NCBI GenBank assembly: GCA_048571215.1
Contig: CP182352.1
Span: 1,952,001-2,016,000, forward strand
Source of the DNA: Halarcobacter sp.
GTDB taxonomy: Bacteria; Campylobacterota; Campylobacteria; Campylobacterales; Arcobacteraceae
DNA length: 64,000 bases
Reading direction: 5' to 3'
In this document: in pieces, positions 41,387 through 52,719 of the stretch
Layout: each line of letters begins with the position of its first letter
Position numbering within the stretch: the first letter of the stretch is position 1
Notes under the pieces: generated by a model
Told to the model about the DNA's origin: nothing
What the model saw: the letters and a program-made list of their open reading frames with translations, nothing else
Database searches by the model: none
Made by a program: the position numbers and the translations under genes

Positions 41387-43675
41387 GTGTTTATCTCTTC
41401 ATTAAAAATAAAAAATAAAATCTATGCCTTAACTATTTTGGCAAGTATATTTTTTGTATCTATAAGTCTAATTACATATAAAAGTTTTAATACCCTTGAT
41501 GAAAATTTTGAACACTTAGCAAACACTAATAATAGTGCAAAAAACTATATAAACCTAAGTTATGAGGTTGAAAAGCTCAAAAGACATGTACAAAACTACA
41601 CCTATACGGGCTATAAAAACTCTGCAAAAGAAACAAAAAATATTTATAAAGATATAATAAATACTCTAAATAATACCAAATCAATATATGAGCTAAATTT
41701 AGATGAAAATATAAAAGCTATAAGAATACATCTAGAAAAGTATTATAAAACTTTTTTAATAGTTGAACAACAAAGAAAAAAAAGAGACCAACTTAGAAAT
41801 AAAATAAGAGATGATGCCCATCAAATAGAACAGTGGCTTAAAGAGTATGCACAAAATAGTAAAAATGAAAAAACAAGAAAAGATTTTTTTGCCCTGTATG
41901 CAGATGTTCTTACAACTGAGAAAGGTGCTTTTAAATACTTTGAAACATTAGACTACGAAAATGTAAAAGTTTCAAAAAAACTTTTAAAAGATATTGATAA
42001 TAAAATCAAAATTTATCTTAAGAAAGAACTTATTGAAGAAAATATTAAAAAACTAAAAGATATTGAAAACTTGATTCAAATTTATAAAAATACTTTTATA
42101 AAATCAGTACAACACACAAGGGGATACTTATCTTTAATAAATGTAGTTATGGCAGCTGAAGCCTATGAGATAATCTATCACTCAGATATTATCAATAAAA
42201 AAGCTTTTGATGCTATCAAAACTATTGAAGGCAACTTTGATAATAGTATCAAGACTAATAGTACAAACCTATTAATTATTTTTATTTTATTTTTTATTAT
42301 GATGATTGTTTTATCAATCTCAATAATAAAAAGAATAATTAAACCTTTAACAACTTTGACTAACACCTTTAACCAGTTAAGTTTAGGAGATACCAATATT
42401 AAATTACCAAATTATAATACTAATGATGAAATCTCAAAACTATATCAAGCTGCAAAAGAGTTTCAAAAAAAGAGTATTGAAACAAAAAAACTATTAGAAA
42501 AACAAGAGATATTATCTAATGATTTATACACCAAAAAAGAGGAATTAAAAATTGCAACTCAAAGTGGAAACATTGGGATTTGGAGTTTAGATTTAGAAAA
42601 CAAAAAATTGGTTTTTGATGATATTTTGTATGAACTATATGGGATGGATAAAAGCTTAAATGAAGACACCTATTCAAGATGGGAAAATACTATTTATAAA
42701 GATGACTTTGAAATGGTAAAAAATATACTTTTTGGTTCTATTATGAAAGGGAATATAATAAATACTACTTTTAGAATTCTAAAAGAAGATACTAAAGAGC
42801 TAAGATATATAAAATCCTATGCAATTGTGACTAGAAGTGGAAATAAAAAAGCAACAAATATTATTGGTGTAAACTATGATGTTACAGAGTTTGAACTTCT
42901 AAGAAATAAACTAGAAAAAAGAGTTGAAGAGGAAGTAAGTAAACAAAGAGAACAAGAACAAGTTATAATTCAACAATCAAAATTAGCCTCAATGGGTGAA
43001 ATGATAAGTGCAATCTCACACCAATGGAGACAACCACTAAATGCAGTATCTTTATATTTGCAGGATTTGCTAAGTGCTCAAAAATATAATGAACTTGATG
43101 AAAAATATTTAAAAGAGAGTGTAATAAAATGTAGAGAACAAATAGAATATATGTCAAGTACTATTGATGATTTTAGAAACTATTTCAATCCCCTTTCTAC
43201 AAATGAAACCCTTAATGTACTTGAAATAATACAAAAAAGTATAAACCTTTTTGAAGCACAATTTAAAAACAATTTTATCGATTTATCTCTAAATTTTAAT
43301 GAAAATGAAAAATATACTTTATTTGGTAACTCAAATCATTTAAAACAAGCTATTGTAAATATCTTAAGTAATTCAGTTTATGCAATAAAAGATAAAATGA
43401 AAAATCAATCTTTGGAGGGTAAAATATTAATTAATCTAGAAAAAAATCAAAATAGCATTAAAATTGAGATTCTAGATAATGGAATAGGAATAAAAAAAGA
43501 GATTTTAAATAGAATCTTTGAACCATACTTTACAACAAAAGAACAAGGTGAAGGTACTGGAATAGGACTATATATGACAAGAACCATTTTAAAGAAATAT
43601 TTTAATGGTAATATCACTTTAGAACAGCAAGAAGAGGGAACAAAAGCAACAATACTATTGCCAATTGAGTCTTAA
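41387..43675 (+). CDS. Sensor histidine kinase (periplasmic helical domain, HAMP, PAS)
   Basis: ISHQWRQPL, NILSNS, DNGIGI, FTTK, GTGIGL; GIWSLD PAS; GTG 41387 with AAGGA RBS. Confidence 0.9.
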   Translation: MFISSLKIKNKIYALTILASIFFVSISLITYKSFNTLDENFEHLANTNNSAKNYINLSYEVEKLKRHVQNYTYTGYKNSAKETKNIYKDIINTLNNTKSIYELNLDENIKAIRIHLEKYYKTFLIVEQQRKKRDQLRNKIRDDAHQIEQWLKEYAQNSKNEKTRKDFFALYADVLTTEKGAFKYFETLDYENVKVSKKLLKDIDNKIKIYLKKELIEENIKKLKDIENLIQIYKNTFIKSVQHTRGYLSLINVVMAAEAYEIIYHSDIINKKAFDAIKTIEGNFDNSIKTNSTNLLIIFILFFIMMIVLSISIIKRIIKPLTTLTNTFNQLSLGDTNIKLPNYNTNDEISKLYQAAKEFQKKSIETKKLLEKQEILSNDLYTKKEELKIATQSGNIGIWSLDLENKKLVFDDILYELYGMDKSLNEDTYSRWENTIYKDDFEMVKNILFGSIMKGNIINTTFRILKEDTKELRYIKSYAIVTRSGNKKATNIIGVNYDVTEFELLRNKLEKRVEEEVSKQREQEQVIIQQSKLASMGEMISAISHQWRQPLNAVSLYLQDLLSAQKYNELDEKYLKESVIKCREQIEYMSSTIDDFRNYFNPLSTNETLNVLEIIQKSINLFEAQFKNNFIDLSLNFNENEKYTLFGNSNHLKQAIVNILSNSVYAIKDKMKNQSLEGKILINLEKNQNSIKIEILDNGIGIKKEILNRIFEPYFTTKEQGEGTGIGLYMTRTILKKYFNGNITLEQQEEGTKATILLPIES

Positions 43676-44047
43676 TTATAAATCAAAATAATCTAAAATA
43701 TGTTTTTCCACCTCATCAACATCAATAGGTTTTTTAAAAACTCTAACATTTAAATCCTTTATTTGGTCCATTTGTGAAGTTGATGCCTCCCCTGTTATGG
43801 CAATCAATGGATGAATATTTGGATATCTTTTTTTTACCTCTTTTATAAGAGATAAGCCATCCATTTTAGGCATAACTATATCTGTAATAAGTAAATCAAT
43901 ATCTTCATTTTCACAAATAATTAAAGCTTCTTCTCCATTTTCAGCAAGATGACAATCCTTGAAAATTCTTCTAAAGATTCTATACATACTTTCTCTAATA
44001 CTCTCTACATCATCTACAATTAAAATAGATTTGTCAATAACTTTCAT
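43676..44047 (-). CDS. Single-domain response regulator
   Basis: IVDD, ITDIVMPKMDG, AITG, KKPI. Confidence 0.9.
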   Translation of the reverse strand: MKVIDKSILIVDDVESIRESMYRIFRRIFKDCHLAENGEEALIICENEDIDLLITDIVMPKMDGLSLIKEVKKRYPNIHPLIAITGEASTSQMDQIKDLNVRVFKKPIDVDEVEKHILDYFDL

Positions 44048-44183
44048 AGAATCTCCTTATTCGTATTTATTTTTATTATATATCTTTTTTATTAAAAATA
44101 CAAAATTTCAATATTTGCTTAAAATTTAAATATTTATTTAACAAAATCCATTATACTTACGAAAAAGGTTTACGGTTTAATAT

Positions 44184-45071
44184 ATGAATAGAAAGTTTAT
44201 GATTTTAGTATTGTTTTTAGTTACACTCATAACAAATAGTTATGCAAATACAATGCCAACTGTCGAAATAAAAAAACAAAAACTAATAATTGGTTATTAT
44301 GGTAGACCAAATACAAAATCTCTTGGTATATTAGGTCAAAGTAATATTGATGAACTTGTAGCTAAAATGCAAAAAAAGAAAAACTATTTTGAAGAAGAAT
44401 TAGATAATAAAGTTGATGTTCAAATGGCATTTCACATAATCTATGGGCTTGCAACACCTGATCCGGGTAAAAGAAATACTTATATGTTACGAATGTCTAA
44501 AAATAGTTTAATGGAATATATAAATAGAGCAAAAAAAGAGAATTTTAAAGTATATATAGATCTACAGATGGGAACAAATACTCCAGTTGAAGCTTTAACA
44601 CCTATTTTAAAATATCTAAAATACGATAATGTACATTTAGCAATTGATCCTGAATTTAAAATTCCAAAACATAGAAGATACCCACCTGGAAGATACGTAG
44701 GTCATATTTTTGCAAAAGATTTAAATGATGCACAAGAGTTGATTAGTGCTTATATAAAAAAACATAATCTAAATAAAAAAGAATTAATTGTTCATATGTT
44801 TCACCAAAGAATGTTGAGAGATAAACAAAATGTTAAGATATTTGATAATATAGATTTAATTTATAATATAGATGGTCATGGAGATCCAGCAGTGAAAATA
44901 AAAATCTACAATCATCTATATAAGCAAGAAGAAAAAAATATTGCAAAAAGTGGATTTAAAATTTTCTACCATGCGGATACTCATATAATGACACCAAAAC
45001 AGATAATGGGATGGGAAAAAGCCAGAGGAAGAAAAATCTGGTCTGAACCTTATTATATAAATTATCAATAA
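44184..45071 (+). CDS. Exported hypothetical protein (possible TIM-barrel fold)
   Basis: Signal peptide; GYYGRP..LGILG, YIDLQ, VHLAIDPEF, IDGHG, GFKIFY. Confidence 0.65.
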   Translation: MNRKFMILVLFLVTLITNSYANTMPTVEIKKQKLIIGYYGRPNTKSLGILGQSNIDELVAKMQKKKNYFEEELDNKVDVQMAFHIIYGLATPDPGKRNTYMLRMSKNSLMEYINRAKKENFKVYIDLQMGTNTPVEALTPILKYLKYDNVHLAIDPEFKIPKHRRYPPGRYVGHIFAKDLNDAQELISAYIKKHNLNKKELIVHMFHQRMLRDKQNVKIFDNIDLIYNIDGHGDPAVKIKIYNHLYKQEEKNIAKSGFKIFYHADTHIMTPKQIMGWEKARGRKIWSEPYYINYQ

Positions 45072-45141
45072 AAAGTACAATAACTAAACCTTTGATGAAA
45101 AGATGTATTTTCAACAAAGGTTTTTTTGATATAATCCCTAA

Positions 45142-46974
45142 ATGACTTTAGAAGAGAAACTACAACAATTACCCAATGAAGCTGGTGTATATCAGTACTT
45201 TGATGAAAATGGGAAACTACTATATATAGGAAAAGCAAAAGTACTTAAAAATAGAGTAAAATCTTATTTTAAATTTACACCAAAACTTCTTCCTGCTGAT
45301 AAACTAGGTCCGCGTATTTATAAGATGATTACAGAAGTGAAATCTTTGGAGTGGATTGTTGTACCAAATGAGCATGATGCACTTATTTTAGAAAACTCTT
45401 TAATAAAACAATTAAAACCAAAATACAATATTTTACTTAGAGATGATAAAACTTACCCTTATATTTATATAGATTTAAATGAAGACTTTCCAAGACTTGA
45501 GATAACAAGAAGGGTCTTAAAAGAAAAAAATATAAAATATTTTGGTCCCTACTCCACTGGGGCAAGAGATATGCTTGATTCTATTTATGAGATTATCCCT
45601 TTAGTTCAGAAAAAAGCATGTGTAAAAGGTAAAAAAGCGTGTCTTTTTTATCAAATTAAAAAATGTTTTGCTCCTTGTGAAGGGAAAATAACAAAAGAGG
45701 ATTATTCAAAACTTGTTGATGAAGCATTAGCATACATCTACAACAAAAATAAACTTATAAATAAACTTAGTTCAAAAATGGAAGACTTGAGTGCTGAATT
45801 TAGATTTGAAGAGGCGATGAAACTAAGGGATAGAATCAAGACCATAGAAAAATCTCAGATTCAAACAGGAATGGATTTAGCAACAAATGAAAACCTTGAT
45901 TTATTTGCTATAAAATCATCAAATGAAAAAGCTATTGTAGTAAGAATGTTTTTTAGAGATGGGAAACTAGCTTCTAGTAACCATGATTATATTAAGAAAA
46001 ACTCAGCAGATATTGAAATAGATATAAATGAAGCCTATGAAAGAGCAATTATAAACTACTATGACAATGAAATACCCGTACTACCAAGTGAAATCTTAAT
46101 AGCACAAGAGATAGAACAAAAAGATGATATAGAAAGTTTCTTAAAAAAAAGATTTGATAAAAAAATAGCTTTAAACAACCCAAAGATAGGAAAGAAAAAA
46201 GAGATTATAAATATTGCACTTAATAACTGTGATGAACTTTTAAGACTATCCCAAAATGATAAAAATCAAACAATTTATAGTGAACTTAAACTATTATTTG
46301 ATTTAGAAAAAACAGCCACAAGATTTGAGTGCTTTGATAACTCTCATATGATGGGGCAAGCTACAGTTGGAGCTATGATTACTTGGGAAGAAAAACTTAT
46401 AAAAAGCGATTACAGACACTATAATCTTGACTCAAAAGATGAGTATGCCCAAATGAAAGAGATGCTTATAAAAAGAGTTGAAAGCTTTGAAAAAAATCCT
46501 GCACCTGATATGTGGGTGATAGATGGGGGAGAAACTTTACTTAAACTTGCAATAGATATTAGAAACTCAGTTGGAGTAAATCTTGATATTGTTGCAATTG
46601 CTAAAGAGAAACTTGATTTTAAAGCCCATAGGGCAAAAGGTAGTGCAAAGGATATTATATATTTTGAAAAAAATGGTGAAATACATAGACTAAATTTACT
46701 ACCAAGTGATAAAAGATTGCAATTTATTCAAAGATTAAGAGATGAAGCCCACAGATTTGCAATAACATTTCACAAAAAACAAAAAAGAAAAGAAGATACT
46801 CAAATCTCACTTCTACAAATCAAAGGTATAGGTGAAGCAAAACTTAAAAAACTTCTTTTATATTTTGGTTCTTTTGAAAAAATAAAAAATTCAAACTTAG
46901 CTGAATTGAAAGAGATTTTAAACGAAAAAGATGCTATTGTTATACTTGAATATTTCAAAAATCTTAAGGCTTAA
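45142..46974 (+). CDS. uvrC: Excinuclease ABC subunit C
   Basis: GVYQY..LYIGKAK.LKNRV, PKYNILLRDDK, ECFDNSH, RDEAHRFAI, HhH. Confidence 0.97.
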   Translation: MTLEEKLQQLPNEAGVYQYFDENGKLLYIGKAKVLKNRVKSYFKFTPKLLPADKLGPRIYKMITEVKSLEWIVVPNEHDALILENSLIKQLKPKYNILLRDDKTYPYIYIDLNEDFPRLEITRRVLKEKNIKYFGPYSTGARDMLDSIYEIIPLVQKKACVKGKKACLFYQIKKCFAPCEGKITKEDYSKLVDEALAYIYNKNKLINKLSSKMEDLSAEFRFEEAMKLRDRIKTIEKSQIQTGMDLATNENLDLFAIKSSNEKAIVVRMFFRDGKLASSNHDYIKKNSADIEIDINEAYERAIINYYDNEIPVLPSEILIAQEIEQKDDIESFLKKRFDKKIALNNPKIGKKKEIINIALNNCDELLRLSQNDKNQTIYSELKLLFDLEKTATRFECFDNSHMMGQATVGAMITWEEKLIKSDYRHYNLDSKDEYAQMKEMLIKRVESFEKNPAPDMWVIDGGETLLKLAIDIRNSVGVNLDIVAIAKEKLDFKAHRAKGSAKDIIYFEKNGEIHRLNLLPSDKRLQFIQRLRDEAHRFAITFHKKQKRKEDTQISLLQIKGIGEAKLKKLLLYFGSFEKIKNSNLAELKEILNEKDAIVILEYFKNLKA

Positions 46975-46977
46975 CTT

Positions 46978-48000
46978 TTGGCATATATAGAATTAAATAA
47001 ATCAAACTATTTTCACAATCTTTCAGTTATTTCTAAGAAAGCTGGTTCAAAAGAAAAAGTTGCAGTTGTATTAAAAGACAATGCTTATGGTCACGGTCTT
47101 ATAGAAATGGCTACACTTGCAAATGAGTTTGGTATAAAATCCGCAGTAGTCCGAACTGTAGAGGAAGCTAGAAAAATTGAGACATTTTTTGATCAAATCT
47201 TAATTTTAGCTGATACTAATATCGGTACTTATTCACATACTTTTCACATTGTAATAAATAGCCTCCAAGATATCCAGCGGTTACCCAAAAATACGAATGT
47301 TCATCTAAAAGTTGATACAGGAATGCACAGAAATGGTATCCAAGTAGATTCTTTAGAAGAGGCTATTTTAGGGCTTTTGAAGAATAATTTAAACTTAACA
47401 GGTGTTATGACCCACTATAGAAGTGCTGATGAACTAAGTTGTGATTTTTTTTGGCAAAGAAATAACTTTATTCATGCAAAAAAGGAAGTTATAAGATTAT
47501 GTGAAAAACTTTTTTTACCTATTCCTAAGTTCCATTCTGCTAACTCTTCCGCTTTATTTAGATTTAAGAATTACGAAGATGATATAGCAAGAGTTGGTAT
47601 TGCCCAATATGGATATATAGATTTTCATCCAGCGTTTAATACTCCAACTTTGAAACCAGTTTTATCACTTTGGGGTAAAAAAATTGTTACAAGAGAATTA
47701 AAGAAAAATCAAAAAGTTGGATATGGAGGTATGTTTATTGCCCCTAAAAATATGAATATTTCAACTTATGATGTTGGATATGGAGATGGTTTTTTTAGAT
47801 TAAATGGAACTAAAGAGTTTATTACTCCAAAAGGTTATAAAGTTTTAGGAAAAGTATCTATGGATTCACTTTCAATAAACTCAACAGAAGATGAAGTTTG
47901 TATCTTTGATGATGCAACACCCTTATCAAAAATCCATGATACAATAACATATGAAATAGTAACATCACTAAATTCAAATATTCCAAAAGTAATTAAATGA
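46978..48000 (+). CDS. alr: Alanine racemase
   Basis: [32 protein letters not shown]. Confidence 0.95.
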   Translation: MAYIELNKSNYFHNLSVISKKAGSKEKVAVVLKDNAYGHGLIEMATLANEFGIKSAVVRTVEEARKIETFFDQILILADTNIGTYSHTFHIVINSLQDIQRLPKNTNVHLKVDTGMHRNGIQVDSLEEAILGLLKNNLNLTGVMTHYRSADELSCDFFWQRNNFIHAKKEVIRLCEKLFLPIPKFHSANSSALFRFKNYEDDIARVGIAQYGYIDFHPAFNTPTLKPVLSLWGKKIVTRELKKNQKVGYGGMFIAPKNMNISTYDVGYGDGFFRLNGTKEFITPKGYKVLGKVSMDSLSINSTEDEVCIFDDATPLSKIHDTITYEIVTSLNSNIPKVIK

Positions 48001-48662
48001 AAAAGCTTATATTTTTATTCTTAATTAGTGTTAATCTAATATTTGCAATTAGTTTTGAAGAGGCAAAAAAGATTGAAAAAGAGCAAGGAGTTTTAGCTTC
48101 ACTAAATAGCTATAAAGTTTTAGCTAGTCAAAATAATGTTAATGCCATCTTTAAATTAGCTTTAATTTATGCAAATGGAAAAGAAGTAGAACAAAGCTTA
48201 ATTATGAGTAAGAAATATCTTGAAAAAGGAAGTTTATTAAAACATAATAAATCAAGCTATTATCTAGCAAAACTCTATCTTTCTAAAAAAACTCCCTACT
48301 ATAACTTAGCAAAGGCATTTAATACTTTTTTGGAAGCAGCAAAAAGAGGTTATGCACCTGCACAAAATATGATAGGTCAATTTTTGGCTACAGGAACTGT
48401 AGTAGATACAGATTATAAAAAAGCAGTAGAGTATTTTGAAAAAGCTTCAAAACAAGGTTATATTGAAGCACACTGTAATCTTGCATTTATGTATGCAAGT
48501 GGAAAAGGAGTTTTCCCAAACTTTGGGCGTGCCCACCAATTTGCAAAAAAGGGTATTAAAGTGGGCAATAAAAAGTGCCAAAAAGTCTGGGATGAATATA
48601 ACTTAGCAAAATATGATAAAGATAAAGGTTGGAAATTTAACTTTTATACCAAACCTAAATAG
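47997..48662 (+). CDS. Sel1-repeat exported protein
   Basis: Repeated A..LA.MY..G.GV / [12 protein letters not shown]. Confidence 0.88.
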   Translation: MKKLIFLFLISVNLIFAISFEEAKKIEKEQGVLASLNSYKVLASQNNVNAIFKLALIYANGKEVEQSLIMSKKYLEKGSLLKHNKSSYYLAKLYLSKKTPYYNLAKAFNTFLEAAKRGYAPAQNMIGQFLATGTVVDTDYKKAVEYFEKASKQGYIEAHCNLAFMYASGKGVFPNFGRAHQFAKKGIKVGNKKCQKVWDEYNLAKYDKDKGWKFNFYTKPK

Positions 48663-48664
48663 TC

Positions 48665-48901
48665 TTAATCTTCATCAAAATCTCTATGACCTTTATAGTT
48701 GTCATAGTCATCATCAAAATCATCATAGTTATCATAATCTATATCGTCATAATCAACTGTAAAGATTTTATTATATCCCAGTTTTACTAACTCATTGTCA
48801 ACATTTTCTTCCGAAATTCGGTTTTTTACTCTTTCAATAATTGTCTTGATATCTTGTTCTTTTACATTATTATATCTTAACTCATAAATTATTGATTCCA
48901 C
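48665..48901 (-). CDS. Small hypothetical protein with acidic tail
   Basis: ORF tightly coupled to neighbours; D/Y-rich C-terminus. Confidence 0.6.
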   Translation of the reverse strand: MESIIYELRYNNVKEQDIKTIIERVKNRISEENVDNELVKLGYNKIFTVDYDDIDYDNYDDFDDDYDNYKGHRDFDED

Positions 48902-48904
48902 TTT

Positions 48905-49108
48905 TTAATTTCCTTTTTTTATTTGTTTTATTGAATCTGTTAATTTTGCTAATTTGTATATAGAGAATTTTAAAGTAAGTTTTGTTAGCTGATTTATTGT
49001 AATATTATTTGCTACCATTAACTTAGCTGCCTCTTTATACTCTTGCTTAGTAATCACCAAATGTACAATTTGAACAACAATATTTTTCATACTTAAATCT
49101 TCAGTCAT
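48905..49108 (-). CDS. Small basic hypothetical protein
   Basis: ORF in operon; aligns by eye with 49126-49359. Confidence 0.55.
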   Translation of the reverse strand: MTEDLSMKNIVVQIVHLVITKQEYKEAAKLMVANNITINQLTKLTLKFSIYKLAKLTDSIKQIKKGN

Positions 49109-49125
49109 AAATATATTCTTATTTT

Positions 49126-49359
49126 TTATGATTTACTGATTATTAAATCAGCTAATATTACAACATCATCTTGGTCTAATCTACAAGTTCTTGTTATAAC
49201 ATCTTCTAGTGATAAGTTATTGTTTATGATTGTTTGAAATGCCTTGTCATAATTTTTCTCATTCTTAATATAACTAGCAATCTCATATACAGTTTTATTT
49301 ATGGGATCTTCAATTATATAGTTACTGTCAAATTCTAAATTAATTATATACTCAGACAT
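49126..49359 (-). CDS. Small acidic hypothetical protein
   Basis: ORF in operon; aligns by eye with 48905-49108. Confidence 0.55.
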   Translation of the reverse strand: MSEYIINLEFDSNYIIEDPINKTVYEIASYIKNEKNYDKAFQTIINNNLSLEDVITRTCRLDQDDVVILADLIISKS

Positions 49360-49745
49360 CTTATTTAAGATAGCTCTTTTTGTTTTCTATACTCTTATAC
49401 TTCACTTTAACTAAACCTAAGTTTAATGTGTTAGTATTTCGTATTCACATTCAGTGATTACACCTATTTCTAAAAACTCTCTAAACTGCACCTACAAATG
49501 CTTTGATAGATTTTTAGAACACTTTCAATTCCTATTATTTTCAAATGTAATTATAATCTATAAAAAAAAGAAATAAGCTGAAATAAAACTTAAAGTAATT
49601 TCACACTAAAAAAAGTGCCAATTTTAGCCACTATTTCAATAAATTTTTTTTTAAAAACAAAAAAGAATTTTCAAAATTTTTGTAAAAAAATGTGAAAATA
49701 TTTTGTTTTTTTTATATAATGATATACAATATAGGAAAGTTTATT

Positions 49746-50171
49746 ATGAAAAATAAAAAAATTGTTGGAAGAAAAGAGATAATTTCAATATTAGATTTGA
49801 ACCTAATTGATTTAGATGCAAAGATTGATACAGGGGCTGATTCAAATGCATTGCATTGTGATGATATTGTTATAAATGAAGATAGTGTTGAGTTTACACT
49901 TTTAGATGAAATACACCCTTCTTATCATGGTAAAAGAATGAAACTACCAATATATAAGATAAAAAGGGTAAAAAGTTCAAATGGACAAGTACAATTAAGA
50001 CCATCAATAAAAGTTACTGTAGATTTTATGGGTAAAAAGTATAAAAGTGTAATTTCACTAACAAATAGATCAGATATGAAATTTCCCATGTTGATTGGAA
50101 GAAAATTTTTACATGATAGATTTTTGGTGGATGTATCAAAAGAGTATTTAACAAAAGAAAGCAAGGATTAA
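49746..50171 (+). CDS. RimK-associated retropepsin-like aspartyl protease (RimB-like)
   Basis: AKIDTGA, VKSSNG, LTNRSDMKFPMLIGR; ATG 49746. Confidence 0.88.
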   Translation: MKNKKIVGRKEIISILDLNLIDLDAKIDTGADSNALHCDDIVINEDSVEFTLLDEIHPSYHGKRMKLPIYKIKRVKSSNGQVQLRPSIKVTVDFMGKKYKSVISLTNRSDMKFPMLIGRKFLHDRFLVDVSKEYLTKESKD

Positions 50172-50177
50172 TATAAT

Positions 50178-51113
50178 ATGCGTGTATATATACTATCAAG
50201 AAACTCTACGTTGTATTCAACTTCAAGGTTAGTTGAAGCTGCTACGCAAAGAGGTTGGGAAGTTGAAGTAATTGATTATTTGAAATGTAGTATTGAGATA
50301 ATGAAGGGTGAACTAAAAATAAACTATTTAGGTAAAGAATTACCAAAGCCTGATGCTATTATTCCAAGAATAGGAGCTAGTAGGACTTTTTATGGTACTG
50401 CAATGGTTAGACACTTTGAGATGATGGATGTATTTACTGTAACAGGAAGTTTAGCTATAAAAAGAAGTAGAGATAAACTAAGAAGTTTACAAATACTTTC
50501 TAAAAATGGTGTAGATATGCCAAAAACTGTATTTGCTTCAAATAAATCTAGTGCAAAAGATGTTATTGCCCTAAGTGGTGGAACACCTTTAGTTCTAAAG
50601 ATTTTAGAAGGAACTCAAGGGGTTGGAGTAGTTTTAGTTGAGACACTAAAAGCTGCAAAATCTGTACTTGATGCCTTTTATGGAATGGATGTAAATTTAC
50701 TAGTTCAAGAGTTTATTGAAGAAGCCGGTGGAGCTGATATAAGAGTTTTTATAGTTGATGGAGAAGTTGTTGGAGCTATGAAAAGACAAGGAGCTGAGGG
50801 TGATTTTAGATCAAACCTACACCAAGGTGGAACTGCAACAGCCCACAAATTAACAAGAAAAGAAAAAAGTACAGCACTTGCAGCTGCAAAAGCTATGGGA
50901 CTGGGTGTTTGTGGAGTTGATATGATTGAATCAAAAAGAGGACCTCTTGTAATGGAAGTAAATTCATCTCCTGGATTAGAAGGGATAGAAAAATCAACAA
51001 AAATTGATATCGCTGGAAAAATCATGGATTTTATAGAAAAAAATGTAACTCCTATTGACGACTCACCAACTCCAAAAAGAAGAAGAATAAAAAAAGATAA
51101 TATTGGAGCATAA
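50178..51113 (+). CDS. rimK: ATP-grasp glutamate ligase RimK
   Basis: [53 protein letters not shown]. Confidence 0.95.
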   Translation: MRVYILSRNSTLYSTSRLVEAATQRGWEVEVIDYLKCSIEIMKGELKINYLGKELPKPDAIIPRIGASRTFYGTAMVRHFEMMDVFTVTGSLAIKRSRDKLRSLQILSKNGVDMPKTVFASNKSSAKDVIALSGGTPLVLKILEGTQGVGVVLVETLKAAKSVLDAFYGMDVNLLVQEFIEEAGGADIRVFIVDGEVVGAMKRQGAEGDFRSNLHQGGTATAHKLTRKEKSTALAAAKAMGLGVCGVDMIESKRGPLVMEVNSSPGLEGIEKSTKIDIAGKIMDFIEKNVTPIDDSPTPKRRRIKKDNIGA

Positions 51114-51115
51114 AT

Positions 51116-52165
51116 TTGATAGAAAATGATAAGTTTTTTCTTGCAGGGGAAGAGATAAAAAGAGGAGCTACAACTACAGTATATTTGGAGCTTCCAAAGC
51201 TTTATCAAACTCCTGCAAAACTTCCTATTAGAGTAATAAGAGGGAAAAGAAATGGACCAACTATTTTCATAAGTGCTGCAATACATGGGGATGAATTAAA
51301 TGGTATAGAGATAATTAGAAGGTTTAGAAAACTAAATATTTTAAAAAGAATCAAAGGAACTATAATCTTAATCCCCATAGTGAATATTTATGGGGTTATG
51401 ACTCTATCTAGGTATATGCCAGATAGAAGAGATTTGAATAGATCTTTTCCTGGAACAAATAGAGGTTCATTAGCTAGTCGTGTAGCTAATATATTTTTTA
51501 ATGAAATTATTTCAAAATGTGATTTAGGAATAGATTTACATACTGCATCTATTCATAAATCTAATCTACCTCAAATTAGAGCAAATATCAAAGATGAATT
51601 TACTTTTAATCTTGCAAAATCTTTTGAAGCACCTGTTGTACTACACGCAGAGCTTAGAGATGGTTCATTAAGACAAGTTGCTCAAGAGAATAATATACCA
51701 ATCTTACTTTATGAAGCAGGAGAAGCATTAAGATTTGATGAGACTTCTATTAGAATTGGAGTAAAAGGGATAGTAAATGTTTTAAGGGAACTTAATATGA
51801 TACCTAAAACTACTATTAAAAGAAAAAGACTGCCAATTGTCACAAGAAGTAGCCAGTGGATAAGAGCAGTTGAGAGTGGGATATTAAGAACTATCAAAGC
51901 CTTAGGAGATACTGTACATGAAGGTGAAATTATAGCCTATGTGGATGAAGCACTAGATGATGAAACTTTTGAGATAAAGGCATCTTTTGATGGGATTATA
52001 ATAGGAAAATCTGAGATACCTTTAGTACAAGAAGGGGATGCTATTTTTCATATAGCTAGATTTAAAAACCTTGAAACAGCTGAAAATAAAATAGAATACT
52101 TTAGTGAAGATGCAATTGAAGAGAGTGAATTTATGGAGTTAAATAAAGAACAAATTATAGAATAA
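51116..52165 (+). CDS. Succinylglutamate desuccinylase/aspartoacylase family (M14)
   Basis: AAIHGDELNG, DLNRSFPG, IDLHT, YEAGE. Confidence 0.9.
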   Translation: MIENDKFFLAGEEIKRGATTTVYLELPKLYQTPAKLPIRVIRGKRNGPTIFISAAIHGDELNGIEIIRRFRKLNILKRIKGTIILIPIVNIYGVMTLSRYMPDRRDLNRSFPGTNRGSLASRVANIFFNEIISKCDLGIDLHTASIHKSNLPQIRANIKDEFTFNLAKSFEAPVVLHAELRDGSLRQVAQENNIPILLYEAGEALRFDETSIRIGVKGIVNVLRELNMIPKTTIKRKRLPIVTRSSQWIRAVESGILRTIKALGDTVHEGEIIAYVDEALDDETFEIKASFDGIIIGKSEIPLVQEGDAIFHIARFKNLETAENKIEYFSEDAIEESEFMELNKEQIIE

Positions 52166-52233
52166 AACTTAAATATTTAATCTCACTCTTTGTGATATAA
52201 TATTCTTATATAAAATTTAAAATAAGGATTATT

Positions 52234-52668
52234 ATGAAAAATATTATCACTATGATTAGTTTAACTTTATTATTTATTTTTACAGCTTGTGCGGATAAAA
52301 ATAATGTAGCTTATGATTCACAAAACTATAAAAAAATAAAACATATATCTGTTGGAAAAATAATACATATAAGAGATGTGTATATTAAAGACTCAGGTAC
52401 AGGTTCCTTTCTAGGTGGGGTTATAGGTGTTGTTCTTGGTTCAACAATTGGTAGAGGAGATGGAAGAACACTTGCAAGTTTAGGTGGAGCCATTGTGGGT
52501 GCTCAAGTTGGTAGTAAAGTAAATGAAAAAAATGCCCAAGAACTAACAGTTCAGTTAGATACAAATGAAACAATAGTTATTTTATCTAAAGATACAAATC
52601 TACAGCTAAATGATAGAGTACGCATAATAACTGTGGGAGATGAAGTATCATCTGTATATAAAATCTAA
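52234..52668 (+). CDS. Glycine-zipper outer membrane lipoprotein (SlyB-like)
   Basis: Lipobox FTAC; GGVIGVVLGSTIGRGDG..GAIVG. Confidence 0.85.
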   Translation: MKNIITMISLTLLFIFTACADKNNVAYDSQNYKKIKHISVGKIIHIRDVYIKDSGTGSFLGGVIGVVLGSTIGRGDGRTLASLGGAIVGAQVGSKVNEKNAQELTVQLDTNETIVILSKDTNLQLNDRVRIITVGDEVSSVYKI

Positions 52669-52719
52669 CTCTTTTATAGAGTTAGATTATTTAAAAAAAT
52701 TCCTTAATAATTTTAAATC

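Noticed and set aside
49360..49745. Possible riboswitch in the divergent intergenic region before the rimK operon
   Set aside because: No convincing stems or recognisable aptamer consensus by eye
50705..51286. 193-aa antisense ORF over rimK
   Set aside because: Antisense shadow of well-supported genes; no motifs
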